DNA of 63,364 nt, the filler included, from Octopus bimaculoides (taxonomy: Eukaryota): assembly GCF_001194135.2 (NCBI RefSeq). It is 7 parts of 7 records of this genome, joined end to end, with 100 filler letters (N's around TTAATTAATTAA, not from the genome) between each part and the next. Parts side by side here need not be neighbours in the genome. Positions count along the whole stretch, not along the records: positions 57,961 to 61,779 come from NC_069010.1; positions 61,880 to 63,364 come from NC_068983.1; 5 more parts are not named here. One strand, written 5' to 3'. Below the pieces are notes generated by a model, which was given only the letters and a program-made list of their open reading frames with translations, was not told the DNA's origin and did no database searches. The position numbers and the translations under genes are program-made. Each line of letters begins with the position of its first letter. The first letter of the stretch is position 1. Positions 61,431 to 63,364 of the stretch are shown here, piece by piece.

Positions 61431-61879
61431 ATATATATGTACGTAGCAGTCGTAGTAATGCCCAAGATTGTAAATATCAAAGTATGTGTGACTGAGTGAA
61501 TGAAACAGTCGTGGAGATGGTTTGCCTCTCCTCCTCCTCCTCCTCCTCTCTCTCTGTATTTGCTTTGTGTCTTTCTCTCTATCACCCTCGCTTTGTGTAA
61601 TCTATCTTACCCGTTTCTTTCCTTGTGTCTATCTATCTCTGTCATTCTATGTTTCTCCCCCTCCCTCTTTCTCTTTGCGACCCTATCTCTCCTTCACCGT
61701 GTGTTTCACTCCCTCCCTCTTTCTCACTGTATCTCTCCCTCACTCCCTCTTTCTCCCCTTCCTTTATATATGCATTTATNNNNNNNNNNNNNNNNNNNNN
61801 NNNNNNNNNNNNNNNNNNNNNNNTTAATTAATTAANNNNNNNNNNNNNNNNNNNNNNNNNNNNNNNNNNNNNNNNNNNN

Positions 61880-62485
61880 GAGGAGGAGGGGAAAGGAGAA
61901 GTAGAAGATAAAGAAGACAAAGAAAAGGAAGAAGGAGAAGAAGGAGAAGAAGAAGAAGAAGAAGAAGAAGAAGAAGAAGGAGAAGAAGAAGAAGAAGAAG
62001 AAGAAGAAGAAGAAGAAGAAGAAGAAGAAGAAGAGGAAGGATAAGGAAACGAAGAAGATGATGAAGAAGAAGGAGAGGAAGAAGAAGAACAACAACAACG
62101 ACGACGACAATGATGACGAACAGGAGGAGGGAGAGGAGGATATGATGAAGAAAAGACGGAGGCCGCTGGTCGATTGGCTGGCTGATTGGTTTGAGGTTGG
62201 GTGGGGATTGAAAGGAGAGACGTTGAGATAAGGACGTGAAATAGTGGAAGGAGGAGGAGAGTGGCTGGGAAATCGGGGGAAAGAGCAATGGAGTGTATTG
62301 TGGGTTGGATGGGTGGAGTTCAAGAGTTTTATGGTGTGACTGTTGATTAGAAGAGAGACAAAGGTTTGAGAATGAGTTAGATGTGTAGGTTAAAGGATTA
62401 TGATGATGATGACGATGATGATGACGATGATGATGACGATGATGATGACGATGATGATGATGATGATGATGATGACGACGACGAC

Positions 62486-62531
<46 letters not shown>

Positions 62532-62760
62532 CCGACAACGAGAGGAGGAAGCAGAGGCGATGATGATGATCATCATCATGATCGGATGATGGTGAGTATG
62601 ATGATGATAATTTTGACGACGATGAAGACGGCGGTGCCGGCGGCGGTGGTGGTGGTGGTGGTGGTTTAGTGGTGATAGCAAGGACAGTGACGGTGATGAT
62701 GTTGATGATGATGAAGAGGCGGAGGAGGAGGAGGAAGAGAATAAGAAGATGAGGACGGCA

Positions 62761-62802
<42 letters not shown>

Positions 62803-63064
62803 ATCCTTATCGCGATGAGGAATACGACGACGACGACGACGACAACGACAGCGATGAATTGGTGATGATGACTATGATGATTACAATGGTGACGGACATT
62901 GACAATGATGTTATTGGCGATCATGATCATGGATGCCGGCCACGACGACAACGACAACAACAATAAGAGACGCAGCCATGACGGACTGTGTTGATGATAA
63001 ACAGGAGGAAAGGATAACGATGAGGAAGAAGTAGAATATAACAAGTGGACGATTTTGATGACGC

Positions 63065-63108
<44 letters not shown>

Positions 63109-63173
63109 ATTATTATCATTACTATTATTATTATCATTATTATTATTATTATTATCATTATTATTATTATTAA

Positions 63174-63224
<51 letters not shown>

Positions 63225-63268
63225 CATTATTATTATTATTATTATCATTATTATTATTATTATTATTA

Positions 63269-63333
<65 letters not shown>

Positions 63334-63335
63334 TA
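61880..63335. repeat. Compound trinucleotide repeat field (GAA, GAT/GAC, GGT, ATT)
   Basis: Direct reading; it generates the spurious poly-D/M/I/H/N/L ORFs. Confidence 0.95.
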
Positions 63336-63364
63336 ACAATAAAGAAAATAGTGGAAACGAAATA

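Noticed and set aside
12436-61835. TTAATTAATTAA islands inside N runs (12436, 37586, 44940, 52909, 57905, 61824)
   Set aside because: Identical 12-mers centred in ~100-bp gaps (e.g. 44 N + 12 + 44 N) with stops in all frames; these are scaffolding linkers, not biology or CRISPR-like repeats.
61824-63339. 482-aa poly-I/H/L ORF and the opposite-strand poly-D/M/N ORFs
   Set aside because: Translations of trinucleotide microsatellites with no domain or splice support. The same applies to the YI/HT/CV-rich ORFs at 38-40, 51 and 58-61 kb.

Overview
AT-rich, microsatellite-dense animal genomic scaffold with many N gaps. The SINE families and repeat density suggest a cephalopod, probably Octopus; this is an inference and no database search was run. 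The one clear host gene is the 3' end of a cGMP-dependent protein kinase (PKG) on the minus strand. Four exons are visible (44593-44712, 42476-42661, 41861-41927, 41096-41191); the DFG/activation-loop exon is absent and probably lies in the 43353-44339 gap. A second, unrecognised minus-strand spliced gene with an N-terminal signal peptide or anchor is suggested at ~7.5-16.7 kb. The rest is decayed mobile DNA: Tx1/L1, RTE, CR1/L2-like and R4/Dong-like LINEs, Penelope-like elements (PLE), Tc1, a DD37E (TRT-like) and a rosa-like transposon, and several SINE families. Three signals stand out. (1) Minimal type I hammerhead ribozymes from several unrelated repeat families, including an apparently intact one (19633-19683) and one joined to a tRNA-derived SINE head. 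(2) Eight perfect TGACGTCA (CRE) palindromes just 3' of the PKG stop codon. (3) A 37-nt covarying RNA stem-loop shared by four divergent Dong-like 3' UTRs. No CRISPR array, rRNA or genuine tRNA gene was found.
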